Part shown: positions 1 through 12,835 of the stretch, in pieces
Position numbering within the stretch: the stretch's first letter is position 1
Layout: every line of letters begins with the position of its first letter
DNA from: Macrostomum lignano
Taxonomy: Eukaryota
Assembly (NCBI GenBank): GCA_002269645.1
Contig: NIVC01000023.1
Location: forward strand, 620,001-684,000
Direction of reading: 5' to 3'
DNA length: 64,000 nt
The notes under the pieces: generated by a model
Databases searched by the model: none
Told to the model about the DNA's origin: nothing
What the model saw: the letters and a program-made list of their open reading frames with translations, nothing else
Position numbers and translations under genes: made by a program

Positions 1-2707
1 TCTCTTCTTTCTTCTCTCCTCTCTCGTCTCCTCTCTCGTCTCTTCCTTCTCCCCTCTATTCTTTTCTCTCTTTTCTCCTCTCTTCGCTCTGGTCTCTGGT
101 CTCTCATATCTCCTTTCCCCTGTTTTATCTTTTCTCATTTCTCTCTGCTCTCTACTCTCTCTTCCCTCTCCTCTCTGCTCTCTACTCTCTCTTCCCTCAC
201 CTCTCTTCTCACTCCTTACTCTACCCTCTCTCAACACTTTCCTTATCTCTACTCTCTCCTTTTTCCTCTCTTCTCTCAACTCTTTCCTTTCCTCTGTCCA
301 CTCTCTCCTCTCATCTCTCTGCTATCTCCTGTCCTATCTCTCTTCTCTCTAACCTCTCCCTTTTTTCCTCTCCTCTCTCGTCCTTTTCACCAATTTCCCC
401 TGTCCTCTCGATTCTCTCCCTGCCCCTCCTCTCTCCTCACTCACTTCTCATCTCTCCCTTGTCTGCACCTCTCATCTCTTATTTCTTATCTCTCCTCTTT
501 TCTCTCTACTCTCCCATCTCTCGTCTGTTCTGATCTCTCATCTCCCCTCTCTGTTCTGTCATCTTTACTCTCATATGTTCTCTCACCTCTCTCCACTTGT
601 ACTCCTCTCTTTCCCATTTTTTGACTCAGGAGGACTCGATCCTTTCAATTCTTTCTTCTTGTCTCTTTACTTCTCTCTTCTATACTCTCTCCCTCTCCCT
701 TGTCTTCTCTCTTCTTTCTCACTCTCCTCTCTCCTTTTTTATATCGTCTGTTCACTCTCATCTTCGCTCTCTCATTCCCCTCTCTCTTCTGTCATCTCTA
801 CTCTCCTCTCTACTGTGTACTCTTCTCTTTCCCCTCTTCTGACACCCCTCTTTCCTTACTCCTCTCTTCTCTTCCTTCTTCTATACTCTCTCCCCTCTAT
901 TCTCTTCTCTCGTCTCTCTGCACTCTGCTCTCTCTTCCTTCATCTCTCATCTCTACTCTCACGATCATCTTTTTTCATCTCTCTCATCTCCACGATCTCA
1001 TCTCTTTCCTCTCTCCTCTTCCCTTTACTCTATCATCTCTCCTTTCTCCTCTCTTCTTTCTCAACTCTCTCTCTCTTATCTCTTACATCTTATATCTTAT
1101 CTCATCTTCTCACTCTTCCCTCTCTCATCTCTTATCTCCTCTTCTAACTCCTCTCTCTCCCCTCTATCCCCCTCTTATCTCCTCTCTTCTCTATCCTTTC
1201 TAATCTCTCCTCTCAATCCTCTCTCATCTGCCTCTCTGTTCTCTCATCTCTCATCTCTTCTCACTCTTCTCTATTCTCCTCTCTCATTGATCCTCTGTCT
1301 CATCTCTCCCCTCTTCTCTCCATCTTCTCACCTCTACTATTTCTTCTCCCTTCTCTCTCCCCTCCTCTCGCTTCTTCGTCCCATATTCTCTGCTCTCTCC
1401 TCAACCTCCTCGTACGTCTTTCCTGATATCTTCTATCTATTCTCTTATCCCCTCTTGCCCCTCCTCCCTTTCTAATAGTCTATTCCTTTTCCTTTTCACT
1501 CTCATCTGCCCTGCAGCCATAAGCTTGATTCTTTATCTGGCCTTTGAGATAAAAATCTGCCGATCCCTGCTTCGAAAGCCAGTTTGTGGGACGTAGTACT
1601 ATCATGGTTGTTATAATTTCTCGTGCTCTCTCTGGCCAATTAGCAGTCCTGAGAGGAATTTGTTTATCTCCATTCTCTAGCTCCACCACCACAGTCTGCA
1701 GCAGTCTAACAACCAAGGAAATACCCATTTCTTAGGAGGTTATTTAAATTTTCAAGTACCTTATTTGTATCTTAATGTTATAATTTTCATGGTGTAAGCA
1801 ATTTAGTAGGATTGCATTGTAATCAGTTCATTGTAATCATTAATTTTTTGCTATTTTTACAAACCATCCCACATTGCCTTGATTTGCCATCCTTGTTTAA
1901 CTCCTGCAGACTTGTCTTATACAGGAGTGAGGACAGTGGTTGAATCTCTTGCTAAACTCTTTCCTCTCCACGCCTCTCCACTCGCGGGGGTACAGAGAAG
2001 GCTATTCAAAAACACTATACATTCGCTATGTACATTGAGCCCTATCGCCTGACCCTTCGTCTGGCTCTGGGGGAATGAGTGAGTGAGTGGCACAAACAAC
2101 AGAAAAAGCAGACAAACTTCACATGCTTACAGTTTCTTTTTCGGTTGAGTTACAGAGTTGAAACTTTACATTTAGATAGAAAATGAGTCAATAAAGAATT
2201 GTGTCAAATTTTAAGTCAATCGCTTCACGTGGAGCAAACTTATGGCAGCCGAAAGTTAGTCAATTTTGAAACCCCTTTTACACATCTGGGCCCAGATCGG
2301 GAAAGAGAGGCAGCCGGGTGGAGGTTGGGGTGGTTGCTATGCTGAAAAAAACAGCCTAAATTTAAAAGTGCACAGCACCACTCAGGATTAACTTTGAGAC
2401 TCAAAATTTTACATGATTGTGCCAAAATAGTTAAAGATTATCTGTGTCAAATTTGAAGAGAATCGGTAGAAGTGGAGCGGCACCATGGAGGATTAAGTGA
2501 AAAAATCGCGCATTTTGAGCAGTTTTTTGTACTTTTAGGTAGGAAGACTTGAGTCTAGGAAATTAAAAGGTAGTCTAAGACATTCACCGTAGTAAGTTTA
2601 GAGTGGGTGTAAAGTTTGGTGTCATTTGGTTGAGCGGTTTGGGAGTCCATAGCGATCAAAATTGTCCACACACACACACACAGAGTTTTGATTTTTATAG
2701 GTAGAGA
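1..2707 (-). mobile_element. Helitron-like non-autonomous repeat, copy 1 (CT-rich tract plus about 1.2 kb unique part; runs off the window start)
   Basis: By eye, 395-2707 is co-linear with about 48650-50714, including the CT-rich part. Homology stops at the same point in both copies, which reads TCT(C/A)TACCTATAAAAATC followed by a (TG)n run on the minus strand. That resembles the 5'-TC end of invertebrate non-autonomous Helitrons, and here it follows an A. The 3' CTRR/hairpin end was not identified. Confidence 0.5.
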
Positions 2708-2981
2708 TAGCAATTTCTTAGTCTACTAGGGCCTAATCGTAATATTAGTCTAAGCCTTATCTTATCTATGGATATAATTTTTGAAATTGATAGTAATAAA
2801 GCAAAAATCTTAATGGGCCTAAGCACAAGTAAGTCTGTAACAAAATTTTGTTTCTAAAAGATTTTGTTTTCTTTGCAATCAAGTTCAAATAAATAATAGT
2901 CTATGTCTACATATTGTTTAAATAATTTTTATTTAAGCCAGTTAAGAAGGTAGTAGATTTTATACATAATTGCAATGCATA

Positions 2982-3692
2982 GGAAAATTTGGTAATTGTC
3001 AAGTTTTGTTTGTTAAATTATTTTGACTCTAGAAAAGTACTGTAGAAACTATTTTAAATACAAATAAATACTTTTAAGATACTTAAGCCTGATTAAGCAC
3101 TAATTCTGTGCTTCAAAACTTGTTATAATGTATCTGACACTGAAAAGCTACAATAGACTATGGCCATAATATTAAAAAGTAAACAAGTCTTAACAGAAAC
3201 AAATAAAAAGTATTATTGTCTATGGTCAAACCGCCAACAAACAGCAAAAGCTTTATATGCTATAGTAATGGGAAATCCATAATAGAATATTCCCAAATGG
3301 CTTCACTATGTTCAGTTGTGCAATAATTCCTCTAAGTATGTTTTAAATAGGGCTTATAAAGTCCCATGCATGGCATGCAGCATAGCCTTGCTAAATTTAA
3401 GACTTTAATTTTATTTATTTGTTATTTGTCAACTTGTTAAATATCATTGATATTTAGATTTGACCATAGGTATAGACCTTTTTCAAGTCAAAAAATGCTC
3501 AAACATTCTAGCCATAGACTATTGCAGCTTTTTGATGTCAGATACATTATAACAAGTTTTGAAGCATAGAATTAGTGCTTAATCAGGCTTAAGTCTCTTA
3601 AAAGTATTTATTTGTACTTAAAATAGTGCATACAATACTTTCTAGAGTCAAAATAATTTAGCAAACAAAAATAGACAATTGCCAAATTTTCT
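2982..3692. mobile_element. Long inverted repeat (about 183-bp arms), MITE/foldback-like
   Basis: 2982-3164 is a near-perfect reverse complement of 3511-3692. No TSD was found. A solo copy of the arm lies at about 46861-47030. Confidence 0.6.
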
Positions 3693-5393
3693 GGCACAAG
3701 GTATATACTGCAAATGATGCGCTGCATTTGGCATATAGTCTATATTACAAAATCTTCTTAGTTTACACATAAAGTCAAATTCAAAATCAATTCAATTCAA
3801 ATAGTACAAAAAAGTTTCTTCTGACTATACAAACAATATGTATTCTACTGAAAAATTTTAATATTTTAGCAATCATTTTTTATTAAAATTTAAGAAAAAA
3901 TTAAAAAATTTAGAAAATTCAAAATAAGATTATTATTTTTATATCTTTCTTTTATTCAGCATTATAACTAATAATGCATTTTAAAGAACCTATCATTTGT
4001 TATATTGCTATATAATAGCTACTAGGCTCAATACAAGGTATGCATTTTTTTCTTGGCATGCATGCACTTTTTTACTTGGCATACGGTGCACAATTAAAAA
4101 ATTGACTAGGGATTTGTTGCGGTGCACATGGCACACCTTCTTGACCATGGCATTTGAGAAAAACCAATATAAAATTTATACTTTCTTCAAACTAGGCTTT
4201 TCTAATTTTATTTTTTGAAATGGTCATTGCTAAAACTGCTTTGCAAAAACTGACTAAAGCCCTCTTTATATAAAAGTATATGCCAATTGAAATATCAATT
4301 TAGATCAATTTGATACCAAATAGCAAAAAGATAAAAGAATATTAAGCAAATAGTAGGCCTTGCTATTTGCAATTTGCAATTTAAGTAGGCCTAATTTATG
4401 CAATTTAAATTGATTATAGTAACAACTACCTATAAATAACTTTTTTTAAGTAAAAAATCATTCTTTCCTTTTTAAAAACTATATAAAGCTTATGCTAGGA
4501 CTAATTTTATACTAACATAAATAGCTCTCTAATATCTTCCTAGTTTCCATATTTTAAATGCTATATTTGCTATTTGTAACTTTACTTTGGAATTCTTTTA
4601 TTGCTTATATAATTATATTCATCTTGTTTCTTCTAACCAAGCTCTTTCTAATTACATTTTAGACAACTTTGAATTACAATAGCCAATATATATGTCAACT
4701 CATTTTTTATTTTTTAGAATTTATACTTAGTTAATTTAGTATAAATACCATAATATTGATTATAAAATGATTGAATATAATAATAATGCATTTAAGAAAA
4801 TGTTAACCTTTTAATTATATTCATATAACTAATTTTAGCTTTGGTCTGTCTTTAAAGTGTACTATTGAAATGCATATCTAATTCAATAACAATTGATAAA
4901 AGATGATTCCAGCCAAATTAATCAATTGATCATATTGAAAATATGAGCTCATACTTATAGACAAATGATGTTTGTGAGTCTATGGAAGCCATAGACAAGT
5001 ACAGTATTAGGGTATATACAAAATTATATACCCTAGAATATTAGAATATATTAGAATATACTAGAATATATAATAGAATATATTAGAAACAGATTTTATT
5101 ATATAAAGTGCTAATTATGGCACTCTAATGTGGAAAGAATTTCAATTGTAAATAAAGTATATTTTTATCATAATTTATAAAAAAATTCTTAATGCCGTAT
5201 AGAATAAAAAATGACTTCTATTTTTGCACTTTCAGAACAATCTAAAGCCTTCAACAGTTATACAAAAAAAACAAACAACTTTTATGGTAGCTAGTGCTTC
5301 ATCACATTAACTTGCTCAGAACTAGTCTCACTTGTGCCACCTGTGTTCAGAAGGCTCCAGTTTGACAACTAGTGAGCTTACATGCTGGTCTAG

Positions 5394-7286
5394 ATGGTTG
5401 AGATGCAAGGCCAGTTCAGTGCTAGGGGGCTGGGCACTGGCAGACCCCCTGGCGGTGGCGGCTGCGGCTTGCAGTCGGCCCAGCGCACTATCCATTCTGG
5501 TCACTTTATGAAAAGCAACCTTGAAGATGACGAGATCGATGTGAACTTTGCTGACACCAGTTCTCAAGCTGTGCTAGTATTTAGCGGCTCATCTAGTACT
5601 AGCAACCTGTTCCAGTCTATTCAGCAGCAGAAACAGCAACAGCAGATGAATGCTCAATTAACTGAGCACCAGCAGCAGCAGGGCCAGATGCAGCCGCAGT
5701 CCAGGCAGCAAATTGATGAGAATTTACAGCATCAGCAGCAGCATCCAGTCCTTGCCAAACGCACCAGTGAAGTATCAATTGACGAGTCGCTGTCAAAGTT
5801 ATTAGCCTTTCTCAGTCTCACTTACTCTGGCAAACTCACTAGCCCAAAGTGGAATGAATTTCGCGGCATGCGATTCACTACTAAAGACAAAATCCGTCTT
5901 AACAATATTATTTGGCGCGAGTATCATCTGCAGTTTGTTAAACAGAAGCGACCGAAAGTGGTCCAGTTTGCCAGTCCACTGTCGGACGAGGTGCATTCCA
6001 AAGCTGAAGCGGTCATCATGGAGGGCAAATACTGGAAGCGCCGTTTAGAGACAGTTTGCAACGAATATTCTCGTTGGCGTACTTTTCCAAAACAGCGTCG
6101 TCAACGAGCTCCGGCTGTTTTTACGCTTTCGTCATCGATTGCTACGCCAGCTGCTAATGAAGAGGAGCCGATGGACATCACTAGTAATAGCGATTGGTTG
6201 GCGCAGAATTCTGCAGCCGATGTCAAGCGTCGGTCTGGCCGACCAGCCAGTCCAGCTGCCAGTAATAGCGGCGCCTGTGGCGTGGTAGTTAGCAGTAGCA
6301 ATAATAACTTCTTAGACGACATTTTCAGCGACCTTCCATTGGAAAGTTTCGACAATTTATTTCAACCAAACGACGCGTTGCAATTTCCGACGGCTAAAGA
6401 TTTTAATCTGGTTGGCAATTCGGATTTTATTCAGCCGGGACTGCTTCAATTGCAGCCCAGTATTGATGAGGCGGCCACTGCTAGTGATATTTTAGCAATG
6501 CTTACTACTCCGCAGCAGCAGCCAGTCACTGTGCAAGCTTCAACTTATCAGCACCAGCCTGTGGATCAAGTCATGCAACAGCAGGTCCCGGTTAGCAGCA
6601 GTGGCGGTCAGGTTATCTATCCTAGCTTTCTAGCAACTTCCAGTGCCAGCCAGTATCCGCATCAGCAGCAGCAGCAGCATCTGCAATTCCCTCCGACTAC
6701 TTATCAGTTACAGGCGCCAATAACTTTTACAGGAAGTACATCCGGTACTAGCGCTGGTCCGTTGAGATCAGTTGACTACTATAGTGAGACTGCTATGCCG
6801 CAGCAGCAGCAACAGCAACAGCAGCAGCCTTTTAAAAACGAACAGGTGCCAGTGACTTTAATGGATTTACTGCATTCCGAAAGTGCCCCCGTTCGGCAGC
6901 AACAGCAGCAGCAGCGGCAGACTATATCGCTGCCGTCATTTCAGGGCACCATGGTTAAATGCGAGCCTGCTCCGCGCCAACAACAACAGCAACAAAAGCA
7001 ACAGTTAAGCGCCAGCGACCAACAAAAAGTTCTAAATACACTGCAGTTATTGTTGAGAAATCCGCCACCTCCTCCAGCAGCTGTTACTAGTCTGTTGCAA
7101 TATCTTAATAGTGTTGGCATTACTCTGCAACCAGATGTGCAGCAGCACCAACTTCTACAGATACAACAGCAGCAGCAGCAACAACAGGCCATATCGACTG
7201 TTTCCAAGACTCCAATTCCTAATTCTTCTGACAAAAGTTGTTATATTGATTTAACGGCATCTGCTTTGGGGCAAAGGCAACAACAA

Positions 7287-7340
<54 letters not shown>

Positions 7341-7497
7341 CAAACAATGAAGCCACCTGGTGCTGTTCGTTCAGGTGTGTCACCGGCTCTCTATAATATT
7401 TTAACCGGATCGAATAATTCTACATCAGTGTCACATCAGCAGCCTAAATCCTCCGTTGCTGTGTCTCCAAAAATGGAAAATTCAGCAGCTTTGGCGC

Positions 7498-7528
<31 letters not shown>

Positions 7529-10310
7529 TCCCCCGCCTCCGCCTCTGACAGCTAGCGCTAGCGCGGGCTCAGTATCTACTAGTAGCAGTGCAAGTCGGTC
7601 TCGACAATCGTCTGCTTCGCAAATTGTGCCACCAATACCGCCTGTTCGAGAGCAAAGAGGCACCGCGTCGTTTGTAAGCGCCTACTGGGTTAAAACCATT
7701 GTGCAATTTTGCATTCTAATCTAAGCCTAAAAACTCAGGAGCATGTTTGGACACCCAATACCGAGTCGTAATTTTGGAATTCGTATCTAGTCGAAGTTGA
7801 AAGCTGACAGTTCGACAAAATTGAAAATAACGTGCAGTCTAATCGCTAAGCACTGTTATTAAATTAGAATTGTTAAGATTTGGGTGATTTGGGTGTGATT
7901 ATAACGTGATTATGATATGCGTATCATATTAATGAGTGTGATAAGGGTGTGATTATGATATGATTATGAAAATTGTGTGTTTATGATCTCGATGGAACTT
8001 GATTTTGATATTGATTGTGGATGATTGATTAATTTATTATGGATAATTATGATTATGATATGGGTGTGATTATATGATTATAATATGGGTGTAATAACTA
8101 AATTCCATCCTGAACTAATACGCCCCTAACAGTCTCGAGCTTTGGATCACAGCGAGCTGTACCAGCTGCACAGGCGCCAAAGTGTACAGACTGCCAATTC
8201 CGAGCAGAAGCGTCGCTTCTCTATCAATAACGGATTCGACGCGCTGCACGATCTGGTGCCCAGTTTGGCCTCAAATCCGCACGTGAAAGTGTCCAAAGCC
8301 GTGCTGTTGCACAAAGCGGCCGAGCATATGCAACGGATGAAAGCGGATCGGGCTAATATGGAACGGGAGAGTGAGCAGTTGCGCCAAGAGATTGCCAGAC
8401 TCCGAAGCGGCATCGAGGCCTGCTGCGAGCAGCTGCCATCGGCTGGCGGATTGCCTTCAGCTGCCAGCGTCGGCGGAGGCAGCAGCGGCGTCGCCGGTGG
8501 CGGATCCTCGGCTGCCGAGCTGCGTTTGGTTGAAGCGCGACGTTGGTTTGAGCATTCCTACGTACGGCCAGGGGTGCTCAACAATTGGAAGTTCTATCTG
8601 GTAAGGCGGCTGATGCCCACCTGTTCGATGGGGATTTATTTTAGCCAGCGCCAGCCTCCCAAATCCTCAGTTGCTGGGCCGGCCTTCCAGAGCCTCAGTT
8701 GCTGGGCTAGCCTCCCAGAGTGTCAGTTGCTGGGGCAGCCTCCCAGAGTGTCAGTTGCTGGGCCAGCCTCCCAGAGTGTCAGTTGCTGGGCCAGCCTCCC
8801 AGAGTGTCAGTTGCTGGGCCAGCCTCCCAGAGTGTCAGTTGCTGGGCCAGCCTCCCAGAGTGTCAGTTGCTGGGCCAGCCTCCCAGAGTGTCAGTTGCTG
8901 GGCCAGCCTCCCAGAGTGTCAGTTGCTGGGCCAGCCTCCCAGAGTGTCAGTTGCTGGGCCAGCCTCCCAGAGTGTCAGTTGCTGGGCCAGCCTCCCAGAG
9001 TGTCAGTTGCTGGGCCAGCCTCCCAGAGCCTCAGTTGCTGGGCCAGCCAGTAGCTAGGCTGGGATGCTGGAATGTCGTAATTTATATATTTAGATCATTG
9101 AATAGAAAATTGCTGAGTTCTATTTTTAACAGCTTACTCATTGTTCGCTTCACCCAAACGTTTGCCTATCGCAGTTCAGCCTGGTCATCACTGACCTGTT
9201 CGACGCCTTCAGTTCCACAGTTACTACGCACGGTCTGGACGATTTCGCTCGCTCGGTTCTTAGCTGGGTTGATCAGCACTGCAGCCTGATTAAGCTGAGG
9301 CCAGGTTTGTGCTGCGCAATTTAACAGGATTAGCCCAGCCAACTCTGGAGTAGAATCCCTTCAGTAATCTCCCAGCAACCCTTCAATAGTCGAAAGCGTT
9401 GAAAAAACTCTTGTGACTTTTAAACAACTCAAAACGACTGTAATGCGTCAGAGATGCGACTGTTGCGTCGCGAGTCGAGAAAAAAATCTTCCAAGAGTTG
9501 TTGTGTTAGCGCTTAACTTTCTACTAACTCAAGCAGACTAAATAGAGTTGTTATAAATGCAATTCTGATTCATAAAGTGATGCAGAGTCGCAGATCAAAA
9601 AAACCGCCTTAAATTGACTCTTCATGACACTCTCTGACGACTTGTACCGTGACATCTCGTCGTTTTTAGAGTCTCTACTCTCTACTCCCAGAGTCTCTAC
9701 TCTCTACTCCCAGCTTGCAACGAATCTGGGACGCTACTTGGCCTGGGTACCGTTTTTTTTTCATCGGGGAGAGTGTACATGCCTGACCGATTAAGACAGT
9801 CGGGGCCGATGTACACCCTGTGTGAGCGTGTGTGTGGGGGAGAGTGTACATGCCTGACCGATTAAGACAGTCGGGGCCGATGTACACCCTGTGTGAGCGT
9901 GTGTGTGGGGGAGAGTGTACATGCTTGACCGATTAAGACAGTCGGGGCCGATGTACACCCTGTGTGAGCGTGTGAGCGTGTGTGTGCGTGAGCAGAATTG
10001 CCCCTCAGTGCTGCATAGTAAATGATAATCTGACACCGCAAATCAATTTCCAGCCGTCCAAAGAGCCCTAACCCAGTTCAGCACCAGCACTAGCATTCTA
10101 AGCGATCCCCAGGCTGTACCGTCGCAGGTGCTGACAGGTGTACAGGCTGGCACACTGGCTCTGTCCATTGAGCCGCCGCCTTCCCTAGTGCCGCACCAGC
10201 AGGCGGGCCAGCGGCAGACGCATCGCAGCTCGTCAATGTCCGAGTCTAATAAGAATTCTTCATGGCCGGATTTGGAAAATTCCGACGAGGACTGCGATAT
10301 GATGGATTGA
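5394..10310 (+). CDS. MLXIP: Mondo/ChREBP-family bHLH-Zip transcription factor; exons 5394-7673, 8133-8600, 9175-9304, 10054-10310 (1044 aa)
   Basis: Mondo conserved regions are present: IHSGHFM, SLTYSGKLTSPKW, KIRLNNIIWR, EGKYWKRR and GNSDFIQPGLLQLQPSID. The bHLH reads SEQKRRFSINNGFDALHDL. The C-terminal NWKFYL|FSLVI...WVDQHCSL.LRP|AVQRALTQFSTSTSIL matches the family. All junctions are GT-AG and keep frame. MondoA versus ChREBP cannot be resolved (single invertebrate Mondo). Confidence 0.95.
8650..9050 (+). repeat. 28-bp minisatellite in Mondo intron 2
   Basis: Unit GTTGCTGGGCCAGCCTCCCAGAGTGTCA, about 14 copies. Confidence 0.95.
9771..9975 (+). repeat. 71-bp tandem repeat x3 in Mondo intron 3
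   Basis: GAGTGTACATGCCTGACCGATTAAGACAGTCGGGGCCGATGTACACC... starts at 9771, 9842 and 9913. Confidence 0.9.
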
Positions 10311-10539
10311 GGAATTGAAATAATTCTACCAAAAATATTATTAAATTATTGATTCTACATTATTGTATATAGAAATACTGCTTAAATTTTTGTTTCGTTA
10401 ATGGAATTTCAATTTTCAAAGTTTTTTGCGTCGTGCAGTTTGCTTAACTAATTGGCTGGGCATGAAGTGACAGGTAAGCCACCCCTCGGAGACGGAGAAA
10501 GTACATGTACATGTCTCACATGCCTTATTCAGAGTGTGC

Positions 10540-11215
10540 CGCCAGCCTCCCAGATCCCCAGTTGCTGGGCCAGCCTCCCAGATCCCCAGTTGCTAGGCCA
10601 GCCTCCCAGATCCTCAGTTGCTGGGCCAGCCTCCCAGAGTGTCAGTTGCTGGGCCAGCCTCCCAGAGTGTCAGTTGCTGGGCCAGCCTCCCAGAGTGTCA
10701 GTTGCTGGGCCAGCCTCCCAGAGTGTCAGTTGCTGGGCCAGCCTCCCAGATCCTTAGTTGCTGGGCCAGCCTCCCAGAGTGTCAGTTGCTGGGCCAGCCT
10801 CCCAGAGTGTCAGTTGCTGGGCCAGCCTCCCAGATTCTCAGTTGCTGGGCCAGCCTCCCAGAGTGTCAGTTGCTGGGCCAGCCTCCCAGAGTGTCAGTTG
10901 CTGGGCCAGCCTCCCAGAGTGTCAGTTGCTGGGCCAGCCTCCCAGATCCTTAGTTGCTGGGCCAGCCTCCCAGAGTGTCAGTTGCTGGGCCAGCCTCCCA
11001 GAGTGTCAGTTGCTGGGCCAGCCTCCCAGATCCTTAGTTGCTGGGCCAGCCTCCCAGATTCTCAGTTGCTGGGCCAGCCTCCCAGAGTGTCAGTTGCTGG
11101 GCCAGCCTCCCAGATTCTCAGTTGCTGGGCGAACAGCCTGCCAGAGTGTCAGTTGCTGGGCCAGCCTCCCAGATCCTCAGTTACTGGGCCAGCCTTCCAG
11201 AGTGTCAGTTGCCAG
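10540..11215 (+). repeat. Second array of the same 28-bp minisatellite, downstream of the Mondo stop
   Basis: Same unit as 8650-9050, about 24 copies, with GATCCTTA/GATTCTCA variants. Confidence 0.95.
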
Positions 11216-12489
11216 AGAACTCTAGTGTCCAGCCAGTCTTCAATCCATGAAATGTTTCCCAGGTCATCAGGTGCTATCCTCATGCCCAGAGCAACCCAAT
11301 CAGTGTTTATGAATGAAACGCGCTCTGCACAGCGAATTCTTATCGCAAGTCTGCCGTGCTGGCTTGTGCCTGTAATTTACAACGCCCCCTAATCATGTAG
11401 ATACATAGCAAGATTTTAATGGTGCGGAGTTCTTTTGGTTTTTATTTTAATTTTCATAAATTATGATTTACCTACTGGTAACTATCATGTCCTTGATTTA
11501 ATTAATTCAGAGTTGAGTGGCTCTTATTCTTTGTGCATTCCTTCGGCAGGAATTTATATAATAATATTATAAATTGACTTTAAAGAAATATTGTAGAGTG
11601 TAGAGATCCAGCTGTATAGCTCACATATTTTTGACTAGTAAATAATCATACTCGCATAACATTATTAAAGTACTTGAATTATCATCAGTGTCATTAGTTT
11701 CTTACATAATAAATTCAACCTGTATAATATAGTGTAATTAAATTAATTATGATTGACACACTATACTGTAACACAGTTGCATGTAGAAGCTGACTGCCTT
11801 GTGTTAGACTGTTGTATTTGTATAAAAATAGATCTTCAATTGCACTGCTCACTTTGCTCTTATCTATAGATACTGTAATATATGTATGCACTGCAAGCTT
11901 TTATTAGCTGAGCACACACGCATTGAGCACGCGGGAGCACTGCCATCCTGCGTGATCGTGTGTGTCTAGGGTGTGTGTGTGCGGTGTGTGTGTCTTGTAC
12001 ACACCTGGATAAAAGAGAGTTACAGTGTAACTAATACAATAATATGAAAATATTTCGTCAGGTTTAGAGATCTAGGCCTGTCTTTTATCTGTACAGTTAC
12101 ATTATTCTTCTGTTTGTCTATAGAGCAAGGCATCAGGCGTGTAGAGGTTATAATAGAAGAATGTTTTAACCGAATACTATGTGGTTTAATTTAATTCTGT
12201 CAATATCTATTTTATCCCATTGAATATGTGCATATTTTTCTAATTTTATTTAACACCAACAGCGCACATTATGTCTGACCAAAGTTTTGCTTCTTTTGCA
12301 AAACTGTCTCTGCCTGAAATATGCGTGTGTTCATTATAATTGTCAAAAGCGCTGTTTAAATTATATGTCACTATTGACTATTGGACTGCCTTTCCTGTGA
12401 TGCTAATTTGTGTTGTCTGACTTTAAATTTTGTGGTCCTTTAGCTCATAGCTACATCTAGGTCATGTTAAACGTGTCCCAGTCCTCGTG

Positions 12490-12700
12490 TGCCTCATAGT
12501 GAGGTCACTTAGTGTGTCACAGCCCTCATTTAGCTCATAGTGAGGTCACTGAGTGTGTCACAGCCCTCATGTAGCTCATAGTGAGGTCACTTAGTGTGTC
12601 ACAGCCCTCGTGTAGCTCATAGTGAGGTCACTGAGTGTGTCACAGCCCTCATGTAGCTAATAGTGAGGTCACTGAGTGTGTCACAGCCCTCACGCAGCTC
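12490..12700 (+). repeat. 41-bp minisatellite x5 upstream of KIF23
   Basis: Unit CTCATAGTGAGGTCACTGAGTGTGTCACAGCCCTCATGTAG. Confidence 0.9.
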
Positions 12701-12835
12701 GTAGCAAGACTTAATTATCATTTTCATATCTCGCCTTTTATATTCATGCTACTAGCTTTTCTGCCTGCACTTTGGGGTCTATCAGCCTAGCTATTGCAGC
12801 AATTTAAAGTGCAGCAGCAGCAGCGCTTATCCGCC

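Noticed and set aside
575-1475. Ser/Leu/Phe/Pro-rich ORFs (also at 48204-49659)
   Set aside because: They are translations of the CT-rich tract, which lacks stop codons by composition. Several overlapping frames are open and there are no protein motifs.
6941-7663. Minus-strand poly-Cys and poly-Gly ORFs
   Set aside because: These are antisense shadows of the Mondo polyQ and polyP codon runs.
8601-11392. ORFs with repeated SVAGPASQSVSCWASLPECQLLGQPPR
   Set aside because: They are three-frame read-through of the 28-bp array. The true Mondo C-terminal domain resumes in exons at 9175 and 10054.
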